Notes: a model not told the origin generated them from the sequence alone. A stretch of DNA of 40,787 nt from an uncultured virus (IMG/VR IMGVR_UViG_2061766007_001633) (IMGVR_UViG_2061766007_001633); one strand, 5' to 3'; numbered from the stretch's first letter, positions 21,495 to 31,320 are shown. A program made the numbers and translations.

Positions 21495-22181
21495 NNNNNN
21501 NNNNNNNNNNNNNNNNNNNNNNNNNNNNNNNNNNNNNNNNNNNNNNNNNNNNNNNNNNNNNNNNNNNNNNNNNNNNNNNNNNNNNNNNNNNNNNNNNNNN
21601 NNNNNNNNNNNNNNNNNNNNNNNNNNNNNNNNNNNNNNNNNNNNNNNNNNNNNNNNNNNNNNNNNNNNNNNNNNNNNNNNNNNNNNNNNNNNNNNNNNNN
21701 NNNNNNNNNNNNNNNNNNNNNNNNNNNNNNNNNNNNNNNNNNNNNNNNNNNNNNNNNNNNNNNNNNNNNNNNNNNNNNNNNNNNNNNNNNNNNNNNNNNN
21801 NNNNNNNNNNNNNNNNNNNNNNNNNNNNNNNNNNNNNNNNNNNNNNNNNNNNNNNNNNNNNNNNNNNNNNNNNNNNNNNNNNNNNNNNNNNNNNNNNNNN
21901 NNNNNNNNNNNNNNNNNNNNNNNNNNNNNNNNNNNNNNNNNNNNNNNNNNNNNNNNNNNNNNNNNNNNNNNNNNNNNNNNNNNNNNNNNNNNNNNNNNNN
22001 NNNNNNNNNNNNNNNNNNNNNNNNNNNNNNNNNNNNNNNNNNNNNNNNNNNNNNNNNNNNNNNNNNNNNNNNNNNNNNNNNNNNNNNNNNNNNNNNNNNN
22101 NNNNNNNNNNNNNNNNNNNNNNNNNNNNNNNNNNNNNNNNNNNNNGTACTGCCTTTTCTTTGCACGGCAGTAGGTGTGTCT

Positions 22182-23438
22182 CTACAATAATGCAATTATT
22201 TTTGTGTATAAAAGGAATAACCATTTTATTTTATGTGGAGGGATAATATGAGACTGGCAGATATGCATATCCGAGGAACCGACCTGTTCGATGTAGCGCT
22301 TGACGATGACATCGCAGAACTTCTCGTCCAGCTCGACCGTGTAGCAGATGCGGTCGGACTGTTCGCAGGCAATCAGCGTGCTGCCGGAACCACCGAAGGG
22401 GTCAAGAACCACAGCATTGCTCATGGAGGAGTTCATGATCGGATACGCCAGAAGCGCAATCGGCTTCATGGTCGGATGGTCGCCGTTTTTCTTGGGCTTG
22501 TCGAACTCCCAGATCGTGGTTTCCTTGCGGCCCGTGTACCACTGGTGCTTGCCGTTCTTCTTCCAGCCGTAGAGCACCGGCTCGTGCTGCCACTGATACG
22601 GGGAACGACCGAGCACCAGCGACTGCTTTTTCCAGATGCAACAGCCGGAGAGGTAGAACCCGGCATCAACGAAAGCCCTGCGGAAGTTCAGCCCTTCGGT
22701 GTCCGCGTGGAACACATAGATGGAGGCGTCGTCCGTCATGACGGCTTCCATATTGACAAAGGCGTCGAGCAGGAACTGATAGAAGGCGTCATTTGCCATG
22801 TTGTCGTTCTTGATCTTTCCGGCGCTGCCTTCGTAGTTCACATTGTAAGGAGGATCGGTCAGGACGAGGTTGGCCTTCACATCACCGAGCAGGGTTTCGT
22901 AGGTTTCCTTTTTGGTGGAGTCGCCGCAGACGAGCTTATGCCGTCCGAGCGTCCATACATCACCGGCTTTGGTGAAGGTGGGCTTTTTCAGCTCTTCATC
23001 CACATCAAAATCGTCGTCATGGATGCCGTCCTTCAGGCTGTCCTTGAACAGGTCGTCGATCTCTGCCGGATCAAAACCGGTGAGTGACACATCAAAGTCC
23101 TCGCCCTGCAGGTCCGCGATGAGAAGGGCAAGTTTGTCCTTGTCCCAATCGCCGCTGATCTTGTTGAGGGCGATGTTGAGCGCCTTTTCCTTGGCCTCGT
23201 CCAGCTCCACGACCACGCAGTCAACCTCGGTGATGCCGAGATCGATGAGGACTTTTAGCCTCTGGTGGCCGCCAACGACGCGACCGGTCGTCTTATTCCA
23301 GATGACCGGCTCGACATATCCGAACTCCTCGATGGAGCGTTTCAGCTTTTCGTATTCCTCGTCACCGGGCTTTAGGTCCTTACGAGGGTTGTATTCAGCG
23401 GGCAGGAGCTCCGCAGCTTTCTTTTTCTCAATTAACAT
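22182..23438 (-). CDS. ParB-like domain plus N4/N6 DNA methyltransferase; last ~27 codons derive from foreign AT-rich sequence
   Basis: YNPR...GGHQR ParB N-terminus; catalytic DPPY; HPTMKP; SAM-binding LDPFGGSGST. Confidence 0.93.
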   Translation of the reverse strand: MLIEKKKAAELLPAEYNPRKDLKPGDEEYEKLKRSIEEFGYVEPVIWNKTTGRVVGGHQRLKVLIDLGITEVDCVVVELDEAKEKALNIALNKISGDWDKDKLALLIADLQGEDFDVSLTGFDPAEIDDLFKDSLKDGIHDDDFDVDEELKKPTFTKAGDVWTLGRHKLVCGDSTKKETYETLLGDVKANLVLTDPPYNVNYEGSAGKIKNDNMANDAFYQFLLDAFVNMEAVMTDDASIYVFHADTEGLNFRRAFVDAGFYLSGCCIWKKQSLVLGRSPYQWQHEPVLYGWKKNGKHQWYTGRKETTIWEFDKPKKNGDHPTMKPIALLAYPIMNSSMSNAVVLDPFGGSGSTLIACEQSDRICYTVELDEKFCDVIVKRYIEQVGSSDMHICQSHIIPPHKIKWLFLLYTKIIALL

Positions 23439-24217
23439 ATCAGACCCCACTCAGCGAAGCGCTCGAAGCCGCCTTTCTCGCGGATGAACTGCCTTGCCGT
23501 TTCTACAATTTCTTTATATGGAACCCCGTCCACCATGTCGTCACCGATGGCGCAGCAGAGTTCGACCGGATTGCCGGTTTCCTGTGCTTTGAGCCATGCG
23601 TAGATGTTGATGCTGACATCTGCTTTAGAGAGGTCCTTGCCGTGCAGACCGCCTCCGGTGATGGAATCGCCCATGTCGGAGCCGAGCTTGCGATTGGTAG
23701 CGCCGGAGTCTACATCCGTGCCGCCAGTCCAGTCACCGAGGGGATTGATAATGGCGGTGGGATAGGTTTCCTTCAGGTGCTCGGTCTCGGCATGGCTCTG
23801 ACAGAGCACAAGATGATCGCCGTCGATGATGTATTTGCCGTCAAAGGGATACACATCGTAAAGGAAGCGGGCGATCTGCGTCAGTTCGCGCTGCTCGTCA
23901 GTCACCGGGACGCCTTTGAAGATACCGTTGTCGCCGCAGCGAATGTGGTCGTTCTGGTTTTCGGCCAGCATCGCATCCTGCGGGACCTCGAAATAGTCCG
24001 CGTGAAGATTACCGGCGATGCGGGAAACGGTATCCTGCACCTCTTCATTGGTGAGATGCACCGAGGTTTCCGCGATAATGTGACAAACGCCGTGGCCAAT
24101 CAATATCTCCACGGCGATTTTCGGGTTTTCTGCTTTCAGATACGCAATGTCGACGAGGGCTCCGGCGATGCGGTCGGCCACCTTGTCGGGGTGCGAGGGA
24201 TTTACTTTTTCAAACAT
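23432..24217 (-). CDS. metK: Short phage S-adenosylmethionine synthetase homologue (261 aa)
   Basis: HPDKVADRI, CGDNG, GGTDVDSGATNRKL and GGGLHGKDLSKAD match the MetK motifs GHPDK, GAGDQG, GDxGLTGRK and GGGAFSGKD. Confidence 0.85.
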   Translation of the reverse strand: MFEKVNPSHPDKVADRIAGALVDIAYLKAENPKIAVEILIGHGVCHIIAETSVHLTNEEVQDTVSRIAGNLHADYFEVPQDAMLAENQNDHIRCGDNGIFKGVPVTDEQRELTQIARFLYDVYPFDGKYIIDGDHLVLCQSHAETEHLKETYPTAIINPLGDWTGGTDVDSGATNRKLGSDMGDSITGGGLHGKDLSKADVSINIYAWLKAQETGNPVELCCAIGDDMVDGVPYKEIVETARQFIREKGGFERFAEWGLIC

Positions 24218-24219
24218 AG

Positions 24220-24744
24220 TCAATTTCCTTTCCGAGCAGTGAGTAGCCGCTCCATCAAATCATCTTGTGGGCTTNNNNNNNNNNNNNNNNNNNNNNNNNN
24301 NNNNNNNNNNNNNNNNNNNNNNNNNNNNNNNNNNNNNNNNNNNNNACTCATCGCCACATAAGGAGAAGCGATAGCGTTGCCGGTTGTCGGGTGCTTGGCC
24401 AGAAAACCGAACTCGCTGATCGCTTCCTCACATTGAATCCATCTGGATACGGACATGGCATACTGCTCGATCAGCTGGTTGTTTACTAACATTTCACAGC
24501 CACGGGCCTTCAGCCAGTTCCATGTTTCCTTATAGACCTCCTCGGCGCACAGGTCCTTTCCATTTTTCTGTGCTGCGCGGAGGTATTCTTTTACCGGTGG
24601 AATATCCACGCCTTCGATATCGGTCGGTTCCGGGAGTATCATCGCGCCGTTCAGCCTGCCGTCTGCGATTTTATCGACCAGAGCTTTTGACTTTCGGCCT
24701 GCTCCCACGCGCTGACCGCCGCGCATAGTACCGTCTTTTGCCAC
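24220..24744 (-). CDS. terS: Terminase small subunit (P27 family)
   Basis: MAKDGTMRGGQRVGAGRK...QYAMSVSRWIQCE...HPTTGNAIASPYV; GTG start after GAGGTG. Confidence 0.88.
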   Translation of the reverse strand: MAKDGTMRGGQRVGAGRKSKALVDKIADGRLNGAMILPEPTDIEGVDIPPVKEYLRAAQKNGKDLCAEEVYKETWNWLKARGCEMLVNNQLIEQYAMSVSRWIQCEEAISEFGFLAKHPTTGNAIASPYVAMSXXXXXXXXXXXXXXXXXXXXXXXXSPQDDLMERLLTARKGN

Positions 24745-24859
24745 GCTTTTCACCTCACTTTCAGGGCAGAGGGGTTAATACCCCGTTTGATTTCTGTTTT
24801 TTGCGTTCGTGACCCCACGCCGCTGTCCGCGTAGCAAGGTCGTAGAGATTTGACCCGCC

Positions 24860-25207
24860 CTACCGGTCGCCAATTTCGTGGTGGATTTTGGTGTGGCAGG
24901 ACTGACATAAACTCATCAGGTTATCTCTTGAATGGGTGCCGCCTTGGGAGATCGGTTTGATGTGATGAACCTCTTCGACAGGAGTGAGGCGTCCTTCCTT
25001 CAAACACCTCTCGCATAGCGGATGCTCCTTCACATAGCGGTCCCGGATACGCTTCCAAGCTCTGCCGTACTTCTTGTTGATGTCCGGGCTGCGTTCATAC
25101 TTGTTGTACCGGTCGCGTTCCAGCTTCTCGTGCTCCGGGCAGTAGCGCCTGTCCGTCAGCCTTGCACAGCCGGGGTACGCACACGGTTTCTTAGGACTTC
25201 TTGGCAT
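24860..25207 (-). CDS. HNH endonuclease (packaging-associated)
   Basis: MPRSPKKPCAYPGC...PLCERC...EEVHHIKP..GG.H...NLMSLCQSCHTKIH. Confidence 0.93.
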   Translation of the reverse strand: MPRSPKKPCAYPGCARLTDRRYCPEHEKLERDRYNKYERSPDINKKYGRAWKRIRDRYVKEHPLCERCLKEGRLTPVEEVHHIKPISQGGTHSRDNLMSLCQSCHTKIHHEIGDR

Positions 25208-25211
25208 TCTT

Positions 25212-25298
25212 TCACTTCCTTCCGTGGAACAGTTCACGGAGCTTGTACTTGATGATGTACCAGACCTGCTCCAAGTAGCCGACTTTCCTGTAGGCCAT
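25212..25298 (-). CDS. 28-aa small protein
   Basis: AAAGGAG RBS then MAYRKVGYLEQVWYIIKYKLRELFHGRK*; its end carries the RBS of the HNH gene. Confidence 0.6.
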   Translation of the reverse strand: MAYRKVGYLEQVWYIIKYKLRELFHGRK

Positions 25299-25315
25299 AA
25301 TCGCTCCTTTCTGGC

Positions 25316-25352
25316 ATAAGAAAAGCCCACGAAGGCCGAAGCCCCGTGAGCC
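25316..25352 (-). terminator. C(UUCG)G hairpin with U-tract in the late leader
   Basis: GCTCACGGGGC-TTCG-GCCTTCGTGGGC followed by TTTTCTT. Confidence 0.6.
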
Positions 25353-25371
25353 GTTCTCATTTTCTTTTCCC

Positions 25372-25421
25372 ATTATAATCATATCATAACGGGCAGGTGT
25401 CTTTCAGTGTCTTTTCGTGTC
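25372..25421 (-). promoter_or_regulatory. Putative activator-dependent late promoter
   Basis: Three GACAC repeats at exact 10-bp spacing (plus-strand GTGTC at 25397, 25407, 25417) in place of a -35 box; perfect TATAAT at 25372..25377. Confidence 0.65.
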
Positions 25422-25829
25422 CAATTCCGGGATTTTGACATTTTCTAATGCCCGATTGTGGAGCTTGTGAATATAGCGCAGGTCATAGCCCATGTCCACG
25501 GCGATCTTTTCCCAAGAAAGGTAGCACAGATACCGCTTTTCGAGCAGCGCCTGATGTTCCGGGTTATCCACGGCCTTGATAATGGCCATGATTTCCTTCT
25601 TCAAGTCGAGCAGCTCGTTCATGTCGTCCCTGATCTCATGTTCCAAGTCGATAATCTTGCACACGCAGTCGGCCATACGCGAAGTGGTAGGGCTCGGATT
25701 ACGCGGCATTCCGGTAAGGACCGAAGAACACGAAGTGGCGAGATCGTTTAACGACTCGATTTGCTGGAGCTTTGATTTGATGCGCATGTCCAGATAACGC
25801 GCCTGTGATAAGTAGCTTTTAACCGTCAT
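25404..25829 (-). CDS. RinA/DUF1492-like late transcriptional activator
   Basis: MTVKSYLSQARYLD...LLEKRYLCYLSWEKIAVDMGY...IHKLHNRAL; last gene before the packaging module. Confidence 0.85.
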   Translation of the reverse strand: MTVKSYLSQARYLDMRIKSKLQQIESLNDLATSCSSVLTGMPRNPSPTTSRMADCVCKIIDLEHEIRDDMNELLDLKKEIMAIIKAVDNPEHQALLEKRYLCYLSWEKIAVDMGYDLRYIHKLHNRALENVKIPELDTKRH

Positions 25830-26013
25830 AGTTCCGTTTCTCCTTCCGAAGTTTTTTGATCAGGAGGTCCGGGTCGAGACGGGTCAATATGGCAAACCAG
25901 TCGGAGCGGAAAAAGGCTTCTATTTCCTCCAGCTCCTTTTCGTTATCCGTCAGGCGGTAATCTTCAACAGCCCGAAGAATAATCGCGTTTGCCAGATTTT
26001 CATAAGGGTCCAT
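25819..26013 (-). CDS. Conserved phage hypothetical protein
   Basis: MDPYENLANAIILRAVEDYR...FFRSDWF..LT; GGAGG RBS. Confidence 0.75.
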   Translation of the reverse strand: MDPYENLANAIILRAVEDYRLTDNEKELEEIEAFFRSDWFAILTRLDPDLLIKKLRKEKRNYDG

Positions 26014-26079
26014 ATTCGTACCTCCAAGTTTGGCGTTCTCGGATTGGCACGGATTGTCGGTATTTGTCGTTTTTTGTCG

Positions 26080-27692
26080 TCAGATTTTCAGATTTGCCTT
26101 AACCGCAGAGATCAGCGCCGACTGCGTTTTGTCCTTTGCCTTCAGCGCCCGGAGAATTTGCTCATCAATGGTTCCGTCCGTTATGATGTGCTGCACGATG
26201 ACGGTTTCTGCGGTTTGGCCTTGTCGCCAGAGCCTTGCTATGGTCTGCTGGTAGAGTTCCAAGGACCATGTAAGCCCGAACCACACGATGGTGTTTCCAC
26301 CGGATTGCAGATTCAGGCCATGTCCGGCAGAAGCGGGGTGAATCAGGGCCACCGGGATTTCGCCATTGTTCCACCTGCGGATACTGTCGGAAGAGTCCAG
26401 CTTGGAAAACGGGATGTGCTTTTCATGGAGCCTTTTCATGATCCTATCAAGGTCGTGCTGGTACCAATAGGCCACCATCAGCGGTTTGCCGTTTGCGGAT
26501 TCGATGATATCCTCCAGAGCGTCGAGTTTTCTGCTATGGATTTCGGTGATGCCGCCGTTGTCTTGATAAATCGCGCCGTTTGCCATCTGGGAGAGCTTCC
26601 CGGAAAGAACAGCCGCATTTGCCGCAGAGATCTCGCCGTCAGGCAGGTCCAGAACGAACTGCTTCTTCATTTCATCGTAGGTGTCCTGTTCATCGGGGTC
26701 GAGATATACGGAATACTCACTCGAAACCAGCTCCGGCATTTTGATGTGGTCGGTGGATTTCATGGAAATCGTGATATCCGAAATNNNNNNNNNNTACGAT
26801 GGTGTTTCCACCGGCTTGCAGATTCAGGCCATGTCCGGCAGAAGCGGGGTGAATCAGGGCTACAGGTATTTCGCTGTTGTTCCATCTGCGGATACTGTCG
26901 GAAGAGTCCAGCTTGGAAAACGGGATATGCTTTTCATGGAGCCGTTTCATGATCCGGTCAAGGTCGTGCTGATACCAATAGGCCACCATCAGCGGTTTGC
27001 CGTTTGCGGATTCGATGATATCNNNNNNNNNNCTTGTTATAGATGGCGGCTTCGGCACCGGGACGCAGGCGGTAGCTGTACACAATCTGGCCGTTCATCT
27101 TGTCCGGTACGAAATAATCGAGGCGATATTGTGTTATAAACCGTCCGAGGCGACGACCCATATCGATGACTTTGAACTCGGCCCACAGATCCATCAGACC
27201 GTTGCTGGCCGGAGTGCCTGTCAGCCCAACCACGCGCTTGACACGAGGTCTAACCTGCATCAGGGACTTGAAGCGTTTTGATCGGTGGTTCTTGAAGGAA
27301 GAGAGCTCGTCCACGATGACCATGTCGAAGTCAAACGGGATACCGCTTTCCTCAATCAGCCACTGCACATTCTCACGGTTGATGATATAGATGTCGGCTT
27401 TCCTCTGAAGGGCTGCTTTTCGTTCTGCCTCTGTTCCGACCGCCACGGAGTAGATGAGGTGGTGCAGCTGATCCCACTTTTTGATTTCGGAGCTCCAAGT
27501 ATCGCGGGCCACACGAAGCGGAGCGATGACCAGCACCTTGTGAACCTCGAAGCTGTCAAACAGCAGGTCGGCTGTGGCAGAAAGCGTGATGCTCGTTTTA
27601 CCAAGTCCCATGTCCAGCAGGACTGCTGCCAGCGGGTGCTCCTCAATGTACCGGATCGCATATTTCTGGTAGTCATGCGGTTCGTATATCAT
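26080..27692 (-). CDS. SNF2-family helicase (gapped, with duplicate fragment 26795..27022)
   Basis: LDMGLGKT, VDELS, LTGTP, SAGHGLNLQ, QTIARLWRQGQ motifs. Confidence 0.93.
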
Positions 27693-27900
27693 TCAGAATC
27701 CCTCCGATCTGCTCCGGGTCATCAAGGACATAAACCTTGAAGCCCAGCCTGCGTAGTANNNNNNNNNNTATCTTGCCTCCCGGCAGCAGCACCAGTCTGT
27801 CCGGCATCCCGTCAAAGCCGGGACTCACAAACTTTGGTGCAAGACCGCCGTCGTTTTTCGTTGCGTTTACGAGTTTTTGCTCTATCGTTTTTTCTCTCAT
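27673..27900 (-). CDS. VRR-NUC domain nuclease
   Basis: MREKTIEQKL...GGLAPKFVSPGFDGMPDRLVLLPGG...LRRLGFKVYVLD. Confidence 0.88.
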   Translation of the reverse strand: MREKTIEQKLVNATKNDGGLAPKFVSPGFDGMPDRLVLLPGGKIXXXXLRRLGFKVYVLDDPEQIGGILNDIRTA

Positions 27901-27931
27901 AATGGTTCCTCCGTCAGGGATTAGAGTGGGT

Positions 27932-28028
27932 GGTGCAGGTCGTGAACCTCATTTCCGTAAGTTTTCTTATATGTTGTTTTTTCAGGGCTATAAGAAAAGT
28001 TATAGATTTGACCTTCACGACCTGCACC
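27932..28028. repeat. Nested inverted repeats around an AT-rich core (candidate replication origin)
   Basis: GGTGCAGGTCGTGAA 27932..27946 / TTCACGACCTGCACC 28014..28028; inner TTTTCTTATA 27962..27971 / TATAAGAAAA 27989..27998. Confidence 0.8.
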
Positions 28029-28035
28029 TTTCGGT

Positions 28036-30834
28036 TTATTCCATGAAATCTGACTTAAGCTGCAAGCCAGAAATCACGATTCCAGCCTTGGTTTTGTGCC
28101 TTACGAAACCAGCCGCTTCCAAGGCGGTGTAAAAATCGGTCGTGCTGCGAATATAGTCGCCCACCTGCATGCAATAGCTGCGATATGCGGTATAGAACTC
28201 GCCGGATTTGGCAGTCCCGTCCGGGTCAATCACGCAGCACTCGTCAAAGAACTGCGAGAGCCAGTCGTTATTCTCCTTGTACTTNNNNNNNNNNATCTAT
28301 CACACAGCACTCGTCAAAGAACTGCGAGAGCCAGTCGTTATTCTCCTTGTACTTGCGGGTCGCTTCCTCAACCACGGTCGGCTTCGTGATATGGTAGTCC
28401 TTCTCAATCACGCGCTTGGCACCTTCCATGATCCANNNNNNNNNNCCGGGTCGCTTCCTCAACCACGGTCGGCTTTGTGATATGGTAGTCCTTCTCAATC
28501 ACGCGCTTGGCACCTTCCATGATCCAAGCGAGAATCGCGCCACCGGCCTGCGTGAAAAGGTGGTCGGCATAGTTCTTAATATCCGATTTGCCTTCGATCT
28601 TGGCGTTGAACGGAATCACGATCAGCCTGCGCCATGTACCGTCATCGAGCGCACCGACTTTCGGCAGGTGGTTCGTATAGAGCACAAGGGTGTGGGTCGG
28701 CACAAAGCTGAACGGGTCCTTGTACTTTTTCTCCGCGTAGATCTCGTCTGTGGAGCAGAGTTGCTTGACATTGGCGGTAGACAGGCGCATACCTTCCTCC
28801 AGTTCGGCAGCGATAATGAGGCGTTTGCCTTTTGCCTCTGCAAGCTCCGGCTTGACATTACGCTTGCAGCCGACCGTCAGGGTATCAGCGGACATGTTGC
28901 CGCTATAGGTGCCCAGAACCCGTGCGAGGGTGTTCCAGAAGGTGGACTTTCCGTTGCGGCCTTCGCCGTAGGCAATGATCAGTCCTTCGACGCACACCTT
29001 GCCGATTGCAGAGAGTCCGGCGATCTCCTGAANNNNNNNNNNTGCAGAGAAAAAGTACAAGGACCCGTTCAGCTTTGTGCCGACCCACACCCTCGTGCTC
29101 TATACGAACCACCTGCCGAAGGTCGGTGCGCTCGATGACGGTACATGGCGCAGGCTGATCGTGATCCCGTTCAACGCCAAGATCGAAGGCAAATCGGATA
29201 TCAAGAACTATGCCGACCATCTTTTCATTCAGGCCGGTGGCGCGATTCTCGCTTGGATCATGGAAGGTGCCAAGCGCGTNNNNNNNNNNTCCCAGAACCC
29301 GTGCGAGGGTATTCCAGAAGGTGGACTTTCCATTGCGGCCTTCGCCGTAGGCAATAATCAATCCTTCGACGCACACCTTGCCGATTGCAGAGAGTCCGGC
29401 GATCTCCTGAACATAGGAAATGAGCTCCGCATCGCCGCAGAAGAAGGTTTCCAGTGCGTCCTTCCAGATATCCGTACCGTCCGTTCCGGGATCAACCGTG
29501 GTCTGCTTTGTGATGAAGTCGGTGGCCGCGTGATCATGCATGACGGAAGGTCCGACGCGCAGGTCATATGTGCCGGAGGGAGTGTTGAGCAGGAACTCGT
29601 CCGCGTCCAGTTGTTTCTGGTCTATTTCCACCATCGGACGCACTTCCTTCATTGCTGCCGTGATGTACTTGGAGTCCCGGCGCTTGATGGCGTAGTTGCG
29701 GTAGGCGGTGGCGTTCTCGTATTTCTGGAAGGACCGCGCCTGAACATCGCTGAACACGGCAGCGGCTTTCTTGGGTCCCATTGAGGCAAGCAGCTCCCAC
29801 GCGCCGTTCTTGACCATCTCGTCGGTGACCTTCTTAAGTTCGACATCGGCTTCCTCTAACTGCCTTGCCGTCAGTTCCTGTGCGATGCCTTGGGCCTTTG
29901 GCTTGGACTCGTCCCAGAAGCAGCCGTTGTAAACGAGGAAATCGGTCGAGGGCGAATAGCGGAGCTTGGCTTCGTATTCCCGTGCCATCACCGTGGCCTG
30001 TCCGACATCGGAGTAGTCGGAGGGCTTGAGGGCAAGTTCCTGATTGTACTGTTCGGGCGGGATATATCCGTCCTGCGCGGAGACTTTATCAAAGAACCTC
30101 TGTGCGCTGCGCCAGATACTGTCGAGCTCGGCCTGATCGAGAGGCGGCTGGCAGCAGGCTGCGACTTCCATGAAATGCGTATGTGCTTCGTCGTTGTTGC
30201 CGTAGCGCTTCAGGATACGACCGGCATAATGGGACATAGTTGCATTGCGGCTTCCTTCGGGAATGACGATGTCGCCGTAGTTGCCTGCGTCCATATTGGC
30301 GTCGAACTCATCGTCGGCAAGGAATGTCGTGAGCGTCATCGGTCCGTCGAAGATCTCAACCTGCGGGTTCGTGGTCCCGAAGAAGAATCTGGCGGCATCG
30401 AGGGCTTTGGTATCAAAGTAGGGAAAGATGCTGTTGACCAGCTTCTTCAGTTCGCTGTACTGCGCGGCATCGGTGAGCGGGTCAATGGCAAAGAACACAT
30501 GGAACTTTGGCCTTGCCGCTTTACCTTTTTTCTCCTTCATATGGTTGCGGCTGAAATGGACCGCAAAGGCGACGCCGGGGAAAGCAGTAGCGACATCAGA
30601 CGGATAAACCCACTGTTCGGGATCTTCGCTGTGGTCGTTGTCGCAGTCGACCGGCAGGCAGTTTGAACCGATGAAGTTATCGTTGCTTCTGTAGCTGCCT
30701 TTGTACTCGGCGCATACATAGTCGTGAGCGACAGCCTTTATAAGGGAATCCTTATCTGTAACCTCCACCGCATGCGGGTAGGTGCAGTTGTCGGGGATTC
30801 CGAGGCAGTCGGCATGATATAAGTTGAATTTCAT
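28036..30834 (-). CDS. P4-family primase / SF3 helicase (gapped; contains duplicated and one inverted assembly fragment)
   Basis: N-terminal DCDNDH...RPKFHVFF primase-polymerase motifs, EGSRN (PriCT-like), D5-like region, Walker A GEGRNGKST. Confidence 0.93.
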
Positions 30835-31253
30835 CTTGTAACCTCCTCGCATGTATCGGTGAAATAACGGATGTGATAGCCTTTCCAAGTGGCTCTGCGG
30901 ATTTCGGCCTCCATGCCTTTTGAGATGTGGTCACCGAATACCCACAGCTCGGCGCACTTGCTGAGAAGTGCATTGCCGAAAAACAAACCCAGTTCACGCT
31001 CCTTTGGATTGTCATCATCAAGGAACTGAGGAAAAAGCAGGTGCGGAGCTATCGGGATAAACCCGGATTCGACTGCAAACCGACAGTAGCGTCTGGCGGC
31101 AGCAATATTGTTTTCAACATCTCCGGCATACGGGCTGCAAACATAGATGATTGGCCTGAATGCACGGAGAGCTTTTTCTTCTTTTTCTATGGCGCAGAGG
31201 GCATAAAAGGTTGTAGGGTCCGGATAACCTTCTGCGTTTTTGTATTCGACCAT
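30831..31253 (-). CDS. DUF4406-like / nucleoside deoxyribosyltransferase-fold protein
   Basis: IYVCSPYAGD...PIAPHL...LLSKCAELWVFG..ISKGMEAEI. Confidence 0.75.
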   Translation of the reverse strand: MVEYKNAEGYPDPTTFYALCAIEKEEKALRAFRPIIYVCSPYAGDVENNIAAARRYCRFAVESGFIPIAPHLLFPQFLDDDNPKERELGLFFGNALLSKCAELWVFGDHISKGMEAEIRRATWKGYHIRYFTDTCEEVTR

Positions 31254-31281
31254 AGCGGTACCTCCAATCTATAAGTTTCAC

Positions 31282-31319
31282 TACCCACTGGACAGACCAG
31301 CGAGTTTTGAACGAAAAGT
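31282..31319 (-). promoter_or_regulatory. Bipartite phage promoter motif, copy 1
   Basis: Plus strand TACCCACTGGACAGA-N7-GTTTTGAACGAAAAGT; identical blocks at 36976..37013. Confidence 0.7.
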
Positions 31320-31320
31320 G

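Noticed and set aside
21409..22246. Several 235-300-aa ORFs in the track
   Set aside because: Composed almost entirely of the 650-nt N-gap
22248..23087. Antisense ORF of about 280 codons with RBS as a genuine protein
   Set aside because: Beyond the first 8 codons it is the reverse complement of the methyltransferase; only the junction is reported
29043..29279. Inverted segment within the primase gene suggesting phase variation
   Set aside because: Gap-bounded reverse-complement allele of about 28500..28740; a scaffolding orientation artefact
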